Shown here: positions 8,924 through 17,998 of the stretch, piece after piece
Position numbering within the stretch: the first letter of the stretch is position 1
Layout of the letters: each line of letters begins with the position of its first letter
DNA from: an uncultured Janthinobacterium sp.
GTDB taxonomy: Bacteria > Vulcanimicrobiota > Vulcanimicrobiia > Vulcanimicrobiales > Vulcanimicrobiaceae
Length of the DNA stretch: 19,837 nucleotides
NCBI GenBank assembly: GCA_964658025.1
Contig: CAZZXB010000038.1
Span: 1-19,837, forward strand
Direction: 5' to 3'
The notes under the pieces: model-generated
The model's database searches: none
What the model was told of the DNA's origin: nothing
What the model saw: only the letters and a program-made list of their open reading frames with translations
Made by a program: the position numbers and the translations under genes

Positions 8924-9712
8924 TCAGACGGTGGTTGCGGGTTCGGGATACATGCCCATCGCGTGATACCCTGCATCGACGAAGTGGACGTCCGCGGTGA
9001 TCGCGTTCGAGAGCTCCGAGGCGAGGTAGACCGCGGTCTTGCCGACGTCTTCGGGCGTGACGTTCCGGCGTAGCGGCGCGGCCGCCGAAACCTTGTCGAG
9101 CATCTTGCGGAAGTCGCGGACCTGACGCGAGCTCGCGGTGCTGATCGGACCGGCGGATATCGCGTTGACGCGGATGCCGCGATCGCCGAAATCGTAGGCG
9201 AGATAGCGCACGGCCGATTCGAGCGCGGCCTTCACGATCCCCGCGACGTTGTAGTTCGGGACGATCGTCGTCGACCCGAAATACGTGATCGCCATGACGC
9301 TCGCGCCGTCGGCGAGGACGTCCGCGAGCGCGCCGGTCAGCGCGATGAGCGAGAACGCCGAGACGTCCGCGGCGAGCGCGAATCCCGCGCGACTCGTCGT
9401 GTAGACCTTGCCCTTGAGATCCTCTTTGTTGACGAAGGCGATCGAGTGGACGAGCGTGTCGAGCCGTCCGCGATCCTCGCGCACGCGCGTCGCGAGCGCG
9501 GCGAGCGATTCGTCGGAAGAGACGTCGCAGGGATAGGCTTCGCCGTCGAGTTCGTTCGCGAGTTTCTCGACCTCGCCGCGCACCCGTTCGCCCTGATAGG
9601 TGAGCACGATCGTCGCGCCGTGCGCGCGGAGTTCGCGCGCGATTCCGGTCGCGATGCTCCACCGATTCGCCACGCCCGTAACCAGGGCGATCTTTCCGTC
9701 GAGAAGTCCCAC
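8924..9712 (-). CDS. fabI: Enoyl-ACP reductase FabI
   Basis: LVTGVANRWSIATGIA, VHSIAF, TYFGS..PNYNVAGIVKAALE (Y-x6-K), RVNAISAGPI, DFRKML, HFVDAG. Confidence 0.92.
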   Translation of the reverse strand: MGLLDGKIALVTGVANRWSIATGIARELRAHGATIVLTYQGERVRGEVEKLANELDGEAYPCDVSSDESLAALATRVREDRGRLDTLVHSIAFVNKEDLKGKVYTTSRAGFALAADVSAFSLIALTGALADVLADGASVMAITYFGSTTIVPNYNVAGIVKAALESAVRYLAYDFGDRGIRVNAISAGPISTASSRQVRDFRKMLDKVSAAAPLRRNVTPEDVGKTAVYLASELSNAITADVHFVDAGYHAMGMYPEPATTV

Positions 9713-9782
9713 GGGGAGAGATAAACGACTCCGAAACGGTTCGCCCCTTCACGTCTCGCCGGGCAGATATCGAACCGAGCCT

Positions 9783-9850
9783 CGTCTCGACCGGATCGAG
9801 ACGCGCGTCGGAGCGCCCGAATCGTCGGAGAGATGACGATCCGAGCGTCC
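9783..9850 (-). other. Two stem-loops in the pccB-fabI spacer
   Basis: 9810-9850 forms a stem of about 16 bp on the minus-strand RNA with two G-U pairs and one bulge. 9783-9803 is a perfect 8-bp stem, CGTCTCGA/TCGAGACG. Confidence 0.5.
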
Positions 9851-9864
9851 GTCGCGTCCGGGAG

Positions 9865-11436
9865 CTAGAGCGGGATGTTTCCGTGCTTGCGCTTCGGCCG
9901 CTCGACGCGTTTGTCGGCGAGCATCCGCAGCGCGCGCGAGACGGCGCGTCGCGTCTTACTCGCCTCGATGACGTCGTCGACGTAACCGCGGCTCGCCGCG
10001 ACGAACGGGTTCGCGAAGCGTCGTTCGTAATCGGCGACGAGCTCGCGTTCCTTCGCTGCCGGATCGTCCGCGCTCGCGATCTCGCGCCGGAAGATCGTCT
10101 TCACGGCGCCGGCCGCGCCCATCACGGCGATCTCCGCCGTCGGCCACGCGATGTTGTAATCGGCGCGGATGTGTTTGCTCGCCATGACGTCGTACGCGCC
10201 GCCGTACGCCTTGCGCGTGATGATCGTGATCTTCGGAACGGTCGCCTCGGCGAACGCATAGAGTAACTTCGCGCCGTGCTTGATGATGCCGCCGTACTCT
10301 TGCGCCGTCCCGGGGAGGAAGCCCGGCACGTCGACGAACGTGACGATCGGGATGTTGAACGCATCGCAGAAGCGCACGAAACGCGCGGCCTTGCGCGACG
10401 AATCGATATCGAGCACGCCCGCGAAGAATTTCGGTTGGTTCGCGACGATGCCGACCGTACCGCCGTCGATGCGACCGAAACCGATCACGATGTTGCGCGC
10501 GTAGAGCCCCCCGATCTCGAAGAAGTCGCCTTCGTCGAGGATCCCGCGAACCGCGTCCTCGATATCGTAGGGCTTGTTCGGCGAATCGGGGATGAGCCCG
10601 TCGAGCTCGGGGACGAGCCGATCGGGATCGTCGTCGCACGCGAAACGCGGCGCGTCCTCGAGATTGTTCTGCGGGAGAAACGAGAGCAGGCGCTGCGTTT
10701 CCGCGACCATCTCGTCCTCGTCCGCGGCGATGAGATCGGTCACGCCGCTCTTCGTCGCGTGCGCGTACGCGCCGCCGAGCTCCTCGAACGTCACGTCCTC
10801 GCCCGTTACCGTTTTGATGATCTCGGGACCCGTGATGAACATCTGCGAGATCTTCTCGACCATGATCGTGAAGTCGGTGATCGCGGGCGAGTAGACGGCG
10901 CCGCCCGCGCAGGGACCGGCGATGAGCGAGAGTTGGGGAACGACGCCGCTCGCCTGCACGTTGCGCCAGAAGATCTCCGCGTAACCGCCGAGACTCACGA
11001 CGCCTTCCTGGATCCGCGCGCCGCCGGAATCGTTGATCCCGATCATCGGCGAGCCCGTCCGGACGGCGAGATCCATGACCTTACAGATCTTCTCCGCGAA
11101 GACTTCGCCGAGCGAGCCGCCGAGGACCGTGAAATCCTGAGAGAACAGGAACACCTGGCGACCGCCGATCGTCGCGCGTCCGGTGACGACGCCGTCGCCG
11201 AGAAATTCGCGATCGCCGAGTCCGAACGCCGACGTGCGATGGACCGCGAACATGTCGAGTTCGACGAACGAGTCGTCGTCGACGAGCGCGTCGATCCGCT
11301 CGCGCGCGGTCCGTTTTCCGCGTTCGTGCTGTTTTGCGTTCGCCGCCTCACCGGCGGGGGCGAGCGCGAGTCCGCGCTTCTCGTAGAGCGCGTCGAGTCG
11401 TGTGTCGCCCGTCACGGGCGTATCGGGTGCGGCCAT
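9865..11436 (-). CDS. pccB: Acyl-CoA (propionyl-CoA) carboxylase carboxyltransferase beta subunit
   Basis: [74 protein letters not shown] terminus. Confidence 0.95.
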   Translation of the reverse strand: MAAPDTPVTGDTRLDALYEKRGLALAPAGEAANAKQHERGKRTARERIDALVDDDSFVELDMFAVHRTSAFGLGDREFLGDGVVTGRATIGGRQVFLFSQDFTVLGGSLGEVFAEKICKVMDLAVRTGSPMIGINDSGGARIQEGVVSLGGYAEIFWRNVQASGVVPQLSLIAGPCAGGAVYSPAITDFTIMVEKISQMFITGPEIIKTVTGEDVTFEELGGAYAHATKSGVTDLIAADEDEMVAETQRLLSFLPQNNLEDAPRFACDDDPDRLVPELDGLIPDSPNKPYDIEDAVRGILDEGDFFEIGGLYARNIVIGFGRIDGGTVGIVANQPKFFAGVLDIDSSRKAARFVRFCDAFNIPIVTFVDVPGFLPGTAQEYGGIIKHGAKLLYAFAEATVPKITIITRKAYGGAYDVMASKHIRADYNIAWPTAEIAVMGAAGAVKTIFRREIASADDPAAKERELVADYERRFANPFVAASRGYVDDVIEASKTRRAVSRALRMLADKRVERPKRKHGNIPL

Positions 11437-11479
11437 CGTCGCGCCCCGTTCGCCACGCCCTAGGCGCGGCCCGCCGAGA

Positions 11480-11791
11480 CTACCAGATGCCGAGCAAGAC
11501 CTTCGCGTCGTCGCTCGCCATCGTGCGCGGATCCCACGGCGGCGTGAACGTGATCTCGACGCTCGCGTGGTCGACGCCCTCCATGCCGCGAACCTTGCTT
11601 TCGACCGCCTCCTTGAACATCGGGCCGACGGGACACATCGGCGACGTGAGCGTCATCGTGACGGCGACGTCTTGATTTCGGTCGCCCGAGACGGCGACGC
11701 CGTAGAGCAGGCCGAGATCGACGATGCCCATATGAAGCTCGGGATCTTCGACGGTCTTGAGCGCTTCGCGAACTTCTTCTTGTGTGGGCAT
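11480..11791 (-). CDS. sufT: DUF59 / SufT-PaaD-like metal-sulfur cluster assembly factor (start 11791 or 11800)
   Basis: [21 protein letters not shown]...[11 protein letters not shown]...FTPPWDP, i.e. the DPE...T-x3-C motif of DUF59. Confidence 0.85.
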   Translation of the reverse strand: MPTQEEVREALKTVEDPELHMGIVDLGLLYGVAVSGDRNQDVAVTMTLTSPMCPVGPMFKEAVESKVRGMEGVDHASVEITFTPPWDPRTMASDDAKVLLGIW

Positions 11792-12062
11792 AGACTCCAT
11801 GAGTACCCCGAGGCGACCGAAGGTTCCCGTGGCGGGGTCGGCGCCCGGAACTCCGCGCCGTTTGGCGCGCTCCATCCTTACGAGGCGGTCCGGACGCGCG
11901 AATCCGGTCGCCGCGCGAAACTCCGTCGCCCTCCGCCGTGGTTATAAGCGCACCACGGTTCTCCGGGCGAACGTCACAAGGGGTTCGAACGCGGAACGGC
12001 AAGTCGATATTGCAATGTGGTCGCTGGCCGACGCGGCCGACGGACAGGGAGTCTGAACCAGT

Positions 12063-14564
12063 ATGTCAATGTGGGAACCGTTCACCGAGCGCGCGCGCCG
12101 GAGCATCGTCCTCGCCCAAGAAGAAGCGCAGCGACTCGGCAACAACTACATCGGAACCGAGCACATCCTGCTCGGCATCATCTCCGAGGGCGAGAGCCTG
12201 GCCGCGAAAGTGCTCGAGACGCTCGGCGTGAACCTCGCGAAGGTCCGTCAGGAGGTCGAGGCCATCGTCGGTCGCGGCGGCCAGACGGTGCAGCAAGAGA
12301 TGGTGTTCACCCCGCGTGCGAAACGCGTGATCGAACTCGCCTTCGAAGAGGCGCGCCAGCTCAATCACAATTACATCGGTACCGAACATCTCTTGCTCGG
12401 ACTCATCCGCGAGGGTGAGGGCGTCGCCGCGCGCGTGCTGACGAATCTCGGCGTCGACCCCGCGAAGGTCCGCGTTCAGACGACGTCGCTCCTCGGCGCG
12501 GAAGGGCAACCGGTCGCGCCCAAGGGCAAGTCGAAAACGCCGACGCTCGACGCGTACGGTCGCGATCTCACGACGCTCGCGCGCGACAACAAGCTCGATC
12601 CGGTCATCGGACGCGCGAGCGAGATCGAACGCGTCATCCAGATCCTCGCGCGACGGACGAAGAACAATCCCGCGCTCATCGGCGAACCCGGCGTCGGCAA
12701 GACGGCGATCGCCGAGGGCCTCGCGCAACGCGTCATCAAGGGCGAGGTGCCCGAGCCGTTGCGCGACCGTCGCGTGATCACGCTCGATCTCGCGGGCCTC
12801 GTCGCCGGGACGAAGTATCGCGGCGAGTTCGAGGAACGGATGAAGCGCGTGATGGACGAGATCCGCGCGGCCTCGGGCGAGATCATCCTGTTCATCGACG
12901 AGTTGCACACGCTCGTCGGCGCGGGTGCGGCCGAGGGCGCGATCGACGCGTCGAACATCATCAAGCCCGCGCTCGCGCGTGGCGAACTCCAGTGCATCGG
13001 CGCCACGACGCTCAACGAATTCCGCAAGCACATCGAAAAGGACAGCGCGCTCGAGCGCCGGTTCCAGCCGGTCATGGTCGGCGAGCCCTCGATCGACGAA
13101 ACGATCGAGATCCTCAAAGGTCTGCGCGATCGCTACGAGGCGCACCACAAGGTCCAGATCACGGACGAGGCGCTCGCCGCGGCGGCGAAACTCTCGGACC
13201 GCTACATCTCCGATCGTTTCTTGCCCGACAAGGCCGTCGATCTCATCGACGAGGCGGGCTCGCGCGTGCGCTTGCAGGCGACGCTGCCGCCGCCGGAAGT
13301 TCGCGAGATCGAAGACCAGATCCGCAAGGTGAAAACCGAAAAAGAGCTGGTCGTGAAGAGTCAGGAATTCGAACGCGCCGCGGCGATCCGCGATCGCGAA
13401 GAAAAACTGCGGCTCGAGAAACAGCGGCTCGAACAGGCGTGGCAAGAGCGGCGTCTCGCGGGCGACAAAACGCTCAAGGTCACCGAAGAAGACATCGCCT
13501 ACATCGTCAGCTCGTGGACGCGGATCCCGGTCTCGAAACTCAAGCAGGCCGAAACCGCGAAGTTGCTCTCGATGAAGGAGCAGCTCCACGAACGCGTTGT
13601 CGGTCAGGACGAATCGATCGAGGTCGTCACGCGCGCCATCCGGCGTTCGCGTGCGGGTCTCAAGAATCCGAAGCGTCCGATCGGCTCGTTCATTTTCCTC
13701 GGTCCGACGGGCGTCGGAAAAACCGAAGTCGCGCGTAGTCTCGCGGAGTATCTCTTCGACGACGGCGAGTCGATGGTGCGCATCGACATGTCCGAGTACA
13801 TGGAAAAGTACGCGGTCAGCCGTCTCGTCGGCGCGCCTCCGGGATACGTCGGCTACGAAGAGGGCGGTCAGCTCACCGAAGCCGTCCGTCGCCGTCCCTA
13901 CTGCGTCATCTTGCTCGACGAGATCGAGAAGGCGCATCCCGACGTCTTCAACTTGCTCTTGCAAGTGCTCGAAGACGGCCGGCTCACGGACTCGCAAGGG
14001 CGGGTCGTCGACTTCAAAAACTCGGTCATCATCATGACCTCGAACGTCGGCGCGTCGGGGATGCAGACGACGACCGACATCGGCTTCCGTCCGCAGAAGA
14101 TGACGGGCGACAACGAACAGGCGATGTACGACAAGATGAAGGCGAAGGTGCTGGAAGAAGTCAAGCACACGTTCCGCCCCGAATTCTTGAACCGAATCGA
14201 CGAGATCGTCGTCTTCCACCAGCTCACGCGCGAACAGATCGAACAGATCGTCTCGCTCGAACTCGCGAAAGTCATCCGCGAAATCAAGGCGCAGAACATG
14301 CACCTCGAGGTCGTGGAGGAAGCGAAGGGATTGCTCGCACGCAAAGGATGGGACCCGCAATTCGGTGCACGGCCGCTCCGTCGCGCGATCCAGCGCGAGG
14401 TCGAGGACGAACTCGCCGAGGAATTATTGAAGGGGACGTTCGTCTCCGGAGATCGGATCCTCGCCGAAGTCAATCCGGACAATCCCGAGAAGCTCCGCTT
14501 CTCGAAGATTCCGACCGTGGAGCCGCCCGCCGCACCTTCGTCGCCCGAACTCACCGTCGGCTGA
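12063..14564 (+). CDS. clpC: ATP-dependent Clp protease ATPase subunit ClpC
   Basis: Two Clp-N repeats ([15 protein letters not shown]), Walker A GEPGVGKT and GPTGVGKT, short UVR-like middle coil, ClpP-docking IGF loop (DIGFR), [11 protein letters not shown]-like AGGGAG upstream. Start may be 12069. Confidence 0.96.
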   Translation: MSMWEPFTERARRSIVLAQEEAQRLGNNYIGTEHILLGIISEGESLAAKVLETLGVNLAKVRQEVEAIVGRGGQTVQQEMVFTPRAKRVIELAFEEARQLNHNYIGTEHLLLGLIREGEGVAARVLTNLGVDPAKVRVQTTSLLGAEGQPVAPKGKSKTPTLDAYGRDLTTLARDNKLDPVIGRASEIERVIQILARRTKNNPALIGEPGVGKTAIAEGLAQRVIKGEVPEPLRDRRVITLDLAGLVAGTKYRGEFEERMKRVMDEIRAASGEIILFIDELHTLVGAGAAEGAIDASNIIKPALARGELQCIGATTLNEFRKHIEKDSALERRFQPVMVGEPSIDETIEILKGLRDRYEAHHKVQITDEALAAAAKLSDRYISDRFLPDKAVDLIDEAGSRVRLQATLPPPEVREIEDQIRKVKTEKELVVKSQEFERAAAIRDREEKLRLEKQRLEQAWQERRLAGDKTLKVTEEDIAYIVSSWTRIPVSKLKQAETAKLLSMKEQLHERVVGQDESIEVVTRAIRRSRAGLKNPKRPIGSFIFLGPTGVGKTEVARSLAEYLFDDGESMVRIDMSEYMEKYAVSRLVGAPPGYVGYEEGGQLTEAVRRRPYCVILLDEIEKAHPDVFNLLLQVLEDGRLTDSQGRVVDFKNSVIIMTSNVGASGMQTTTDIGFRPQKMTGDNEQAMYDKMKAKVLEEVKHTFRPEFLNRIDEIVVFHQLTREQIEQIVSLELAKVIREIKAQNMHLEVVEEAKGLLARKGWDPQFGARPLRRAIQREVEDELAEELLKGTFVSGDRILAEVNPDNPEKLRFSKIPTVEPPAAPSSPELTVG

Positions 14565-14598
14565 ACCGCCGGGGAAGCTCGCCGCTCGCTACGTCCGT

Positions 14599-14636
14599 GA
14601 TGCCCGCGATCTACGTCGCGGGCATCGGGCCGTTTT
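14599..14636 (+). terminator. Probable intrinsic terminator of clpC
   Basis: GATGCCCGCGA-tctacg-TCGCGGGCATC perfect 11-bp stem (14599-14626), then TTTT at 14633-14636. Confidence 0.65.
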
Positions 14637-14637
14637 C

Positions 14638-17600
14638 GTGACGCCCTTTTCGACCTGGCGCTCGCGTCTGCCGGCGACGGTATCGTCGTGGTTCGCGCGC
14701 GATCTCGTGCGGGCCGCGCAACCGCTCATCGACGCGAAACGCGTGACGTTGCGCGCCGTCGAGGATCTCAAGATCGAATCGACGGTGAAGGACGTGCGCG
14801 GCGAGGCCCGTTCGATCGCCGTCGAATGGGGCGCGGGGACGGGGCCGCTCGCGCTCCGTTCGGTGTGCTCGTGCGGCGCGAGCGGGATCTGCGAGCACGT
14901 CGTGGCGACGCTCGAAGCCGTCCGTTCGCAAACCGAAGTCGACGAGAATTCGGCCCGCGCGAGCGAGATCGATCTGAGTTGGTTGCCCGCGCCGCGGGGC
15001 GAATCGCGTCAGGTCCGCGCGCGCTCCGTGTGGCCGGTATTCTCGTCGCCCGACGGCGCCACGATCGGCGCGACGCTCGTGCTCGATTCGCCGCGTCTGC
15101 GTGGCGCGATCCGGGATGCCGCCGCGGTCGCCGCGATGATGGATCAAACGCCCGTCGACGATTGGGACGAAGTCGATCGCGAGCTCATGCGCGACGAAGC
15201 CGTCCTCGAAGCGTTCGCGGGGCGCAACGCGCCGCGCGCCCTCGCGCGCGCCCTCTTCCGCCTCGCGCGCCATCCGCGACTCCGTTTCGATCCGTCGCCC
15301 AACGTCGGGACGCATCCCTCGGAGCTCCCGGAATTCGCGATCGATCTGCGCGGCGTGATCCTCCGCGCGGCGCGACACGACGGCGCGTTCGTGCCGTTAT
15401 TCGAAAGCGTCGACGGCACGCGCATCTCGCCTTCGACGGTTTTTCTCCTCGACGGTCCGCCGATCTGGGTCGCGACCGAGCGCTGCGCGTATCTCGTCGA
15501 CGGAAGTTTCGACGCGAAGCGCGCGATCGAGGCGTCGCGTGCGTCGAACGGCGCGACGAACGGCGCGGTCGCGTCACCGCGGACGATCGCGCGCGTCGCG
15601 CCGTATCTCACGGCCGAAGATCGCAGCGCGCTCGGCATCGTCGACGCCCCGCGGCCGTCGGCGGAGATCGCGCTCGGCTGGTCGAGCGGCGCGCTCGTCG
15701 CGACGCTCACGTTCCTCGATCGCGATCTCGGCGTCCGCGTGCCCTACGCCGCGCTCGGGGCGATCGCGCCGCAGGGCGAGCGGTTCGTACGCTTCACGTC
15801 GGAATACGCCGCGACGCTGCGCGGTCGGATGCTCGACGCGGGATTCGTTCCCCGTTCGGCCGACGGCTTCGCGTTGCACGGCGCGGATCGCGCGGCCAAT
15901 TTCGTCCGCGACGCGTTGCCGACGTGGACCGATCTCGATCGTCGGCTCGATCCCGGGCTCACCGATTTCGCGAGCGGCGAGACGAAGCTCGACATCAACG
16001 TCGTCGCCGAACGGACGGGCGAGGCCGATTGGTTCGAACTCAAAGTCGACGTGTTCGTCGGCGGTTCGAGCGAGGCGCTCTCGCAGAAAGAACTCCAGGC
16101 GCTGCTCTCGGGTTCGGGGCGTTTCGCGGAAGTGCGCGGCAAACTCGTCGACGTCGAAAAGCTTCGCGAACGCAACGAGATCCTCACCGACATCACCGAG
16201 CGCAATCACAGCGGGCTCGCGGCGCTCCTCGCCCTACGCGACGAACTCCACGAGAGTTTCGGCAACGTCTCGCTTCCGCCCGACGTGGAAGCGATGCGCG
16301 AGCGCCTGCGCAATTTCGAAGGCATCCGCATCGTCGAACCGCCCGAACTCAGCGACGGGATGCTGCGCAGTTACCAACAGCGCGGCCTCGACTTTCTCGC
16401 GTACCTCGCCGAATTCGGATTCGGCGGGATCCTCGCGGACGAGATGGGTTTGGGCAAGACGATCCAGGTCGTCAGTTATCTCCTGCGTCGCAAGCAGATC
16501 GACGGCCCGATGCCGTCGCTCGTGATCGCGCCGACCTCGGTCACGCACACGTGGGAGAACGAGATCGCGCGCTTCGCGCCCGATCTGCGTACGCTGCGCC
16601 TCCATTCGGGGAGCGATCGCGCGGCGCGCTACGATCGCATTCCCGATTTCGACGTCGTGATCACGTCCTACGCGCTCGCGCGCCTGGACGCGCAACAACT
16701 CTCGCAGTTCCGTTTCCGCGCGCTGATCCTCGACGAAGCGCAGAACGCGAAGAATCCCTCGTCGCAGATCGCGCGCGTCGTGCGCGGTCTGCGTGCCGAC
16801 CATCGGCTCGCGCTCACCGGAACGCCCGTCGAGAACTCGCTGCGCGATCTGTGGGCGATCTTCGCCTTCGTCGAACCGGGACTGCTCGGGAGCGAGTCGT
16901 CCTTCCGGCGCCGCTTCGAAGTCCCGATCGCCGATAACGACGCGCACGCGACGAACGTCCTGCGCTCGCGGCTCGAACCGTTCTTGTTACGCCGCACGAA
17001 AGAAGACGTCGCGCCGGAACTCCCCGATCGGACGGAGGTCTCGCTCGCGTGCGATCTCTCGCCGTTACAGCGGCGGCTCTATCGCGGCGTCGCGGAGGCG
17101 GCGCGCCGCGACGTGCTCGCGATCGTCGACGGTCAGGGGATCGAACACTCGACCGTCCACGTCCTCGCCGCGCTCACGCGCCTGCGTCAGATCTGCGCGC
17201 ATCCCGGTCTCCTCTTCGAAGAACACCGCGACGATCCCGAAGCCTCGGCGAAGTTCGAGGCCTTTCTCGAGACGATCGAAGAGGTGCTCTCGGGCGGCCA
17301 TCGCGTGCTCGTCTTCAGCGCGTTCGCATCGATGTTGCGGATCATGCGCGCGGAACTCGAGAAGCGCGGCCTCGCGTACGGCTACCTCGACGGATCGACG
17401 AAGGATCGCGATCGTCAGGATCAGGTCTCGACGTTCATGCGTCCGGACGGGCCGCCGATCTTTCTCTGTTCGCTCAAAGCCGGCGGCGTGGGGCTCACGC
17501 TCACCGCGGCCGATTATGTGGTGCTGTACGATCCGTGGTGGAATCCGGCGGTCGAACGTCAGGCGATCGACCGGACCCACCGAATCGGACAACATCGCGC

Positions 17601-17766
17601 CGTTACCGCGTACCGGCTCGTGACGACCGGGACGGTCGAGGAGAAGATTCGCGCGCTCGCGGAGCGCAAGTCGAGTCTCTCGCGCAACATCATCAAGGCC
17701 GACGGCGCGCTCGCGAAGTCGCTCACGCGCGAGGATCTCGAACTGCTCCTTTCGGATCCCGAATGA
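14638..17766 (+). CDS. Snf2-family ATPase/helicase with N-terminal SWIM zinc finger, about 1042 aa (start uncertain)
   Basis: SWIM CSCGASGICEH; motif I LADEMGLGKT, II LILDEAQ, III LTGTPVEN, V SLKAGGVGL, YDPWWNP, VI QAIDRTHRIGQ. Confidence 0.92.
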   Translation: MTPFSTWRSRLPATVSSWFARDLVRAAQPLIDAKRVTLRAVEDLKIESTVKDVRGEARSIAVEWGAGTGPLALRSVCSCGASGICEHVVATLEAVRSQTEVDENSARASEIDLSWLPAPRGESRQVRARSVWPVFSSPDGATIGATLVLDSPRLRGAIRDAAAVAAMMDQTPVDDWDEVDRELMRDEAVLEAFAGRNAPRALARALFRLARHPRLRFDPSPNVGTHPSELPEFAIDLRGVILRAARHDGAFVPLFESVDGTRISPSTVFLLDGPPIWVATERCAYLVDGSFDAKRAIEASRASNGATNGAVASPRTIARVAPYLTAEDRSALGIVDAPRPSAEIALGWSSGALVATLTFLDRDLGVRVPYAALGAIAPQGERFVRFTSEYAATLRGRMLDAGFVPRSADGFALHGADRAANFVRDALPTWTDLDRRLDPGLTDFASGETKLDINVVAERTGEADWFELKVDVFVGGSSEALSQKELQALLSGSGRFAEVRGKLVDVEKLRERNEILTDITERNHSGLAALLALRDELHESFGNVSLPPDVEAMRERLRNFEGIRIVEPPELSDGMLRSYQQRGLDFLAYLAEFGFGGILADEMGLGKTIQVVSYLLRRKQIDGPMPSLVIAPTSVTHTWENEIARFAPDLRTLRLHSGSDRAARYDRIPDFDVVITSYALARLDAQQLSQFRFRALILDEAQNAKNPSSQIARVVRGLRADHRLALTGTPVENSLRDLWAIFAFVEPGLLGSESSFRRRFEVPIADNDAHATNVLRSRLEPFLLRRTKEDVAPELPDRTEVSLACDLSPLQRRLYRGVAEAARRDVLAIVDGQGIEHSTVHVLAALTRLRQICAHPGLLFEEHRDDPEASAKFEAFLETIEEVLSGGHRVLVFSAFASMLRIMRAELEKRGLAYGYLDGSTKDRDRQDQVSTFMRPDGPPIFLCSLKAGGVGLTLTAADYVVLYDPWWNPAVERQAIDRTHRIGQHRAVTAYRLVTTGTVEEKIRALAERKSSLSRNIIKADGALAKSLTREDLELLLSDPE

Positions 17767-17773
17767 CCGGGAA

Positions 17774-17893
17774 CTAGAGCCGGATTTTCGGTCCCCATCC
17801 CGAGAAGGCGGCGGCACCGGTCGAGGTGCGGGGGAGCGGGATCGTCGTGTGCGTCGGTTCGAGGTTCGCTTCGGTCGTGTGCGGTTTGATCAT
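17774..17893 (-). CDS. Putative 39-aa small protein MIKPHTTEANLEPTHTTIPLPRTSTGAAAFSGWGPKIRL (not in ORF track)
   Basis: GGAGG SD (17903-17907, minus) 9 nt before the ATG; 32 of 39 codons end in G/C, with genome-typical ACG/CCG/TCG/CTC/ATC; fits cleanly in the Snf2-WYL gap. Confidence 0.65.
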   Translation of the reverse strand: MIKPHTTEANLEPTHTTIPLPRTSTGAAAFSGWGPKIRL

Positions 17894-17998
17894 CGTTACG
17901 AGCCTCCATCGCTCGTGCGTCCCCACGTAGCGCGACGGATCGCGAGATGTTTCGTCCGCGCCGCCGGAACAACGCGCGGGCGCGGCGTAGCACGGAAC

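Noticed and set aside
12066..14360. Long antisense or alternate-frame ORFs (764 aa opposite clpC, 749 aa within Snf2, 457 aa opposite the peptidase, and others)
   Set aside because: Arg-rich shadow ORFs expected from high GC3 codon bias; they fully overlap well-supported genes and show no motifs.
17774..17893. Small ORF as a RiPP (lasso) precursor, possibly processed by the prolyl oligopeptidase
   Set aside because: No Asp/Glu for a macrolactam in the putative core, no Cys, no modifying enzymes nearby, and the peptidase is 11 kb away in another operon.
17925..17962. Palindromic WYL operator in the divergent spacer
   Set aside because: Only short imperfect dyads (CGGA...TCCG), which are not distinguishable from chance in GC-rich DNA.
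17849..17998. 50-aa N-terminal extension of the WYL protein in the ORF track
   Set aside because: It is not part of the HTH and overlaps the small minus-strand ORF; ATG 17999 gives a typical length of about 330 aa.
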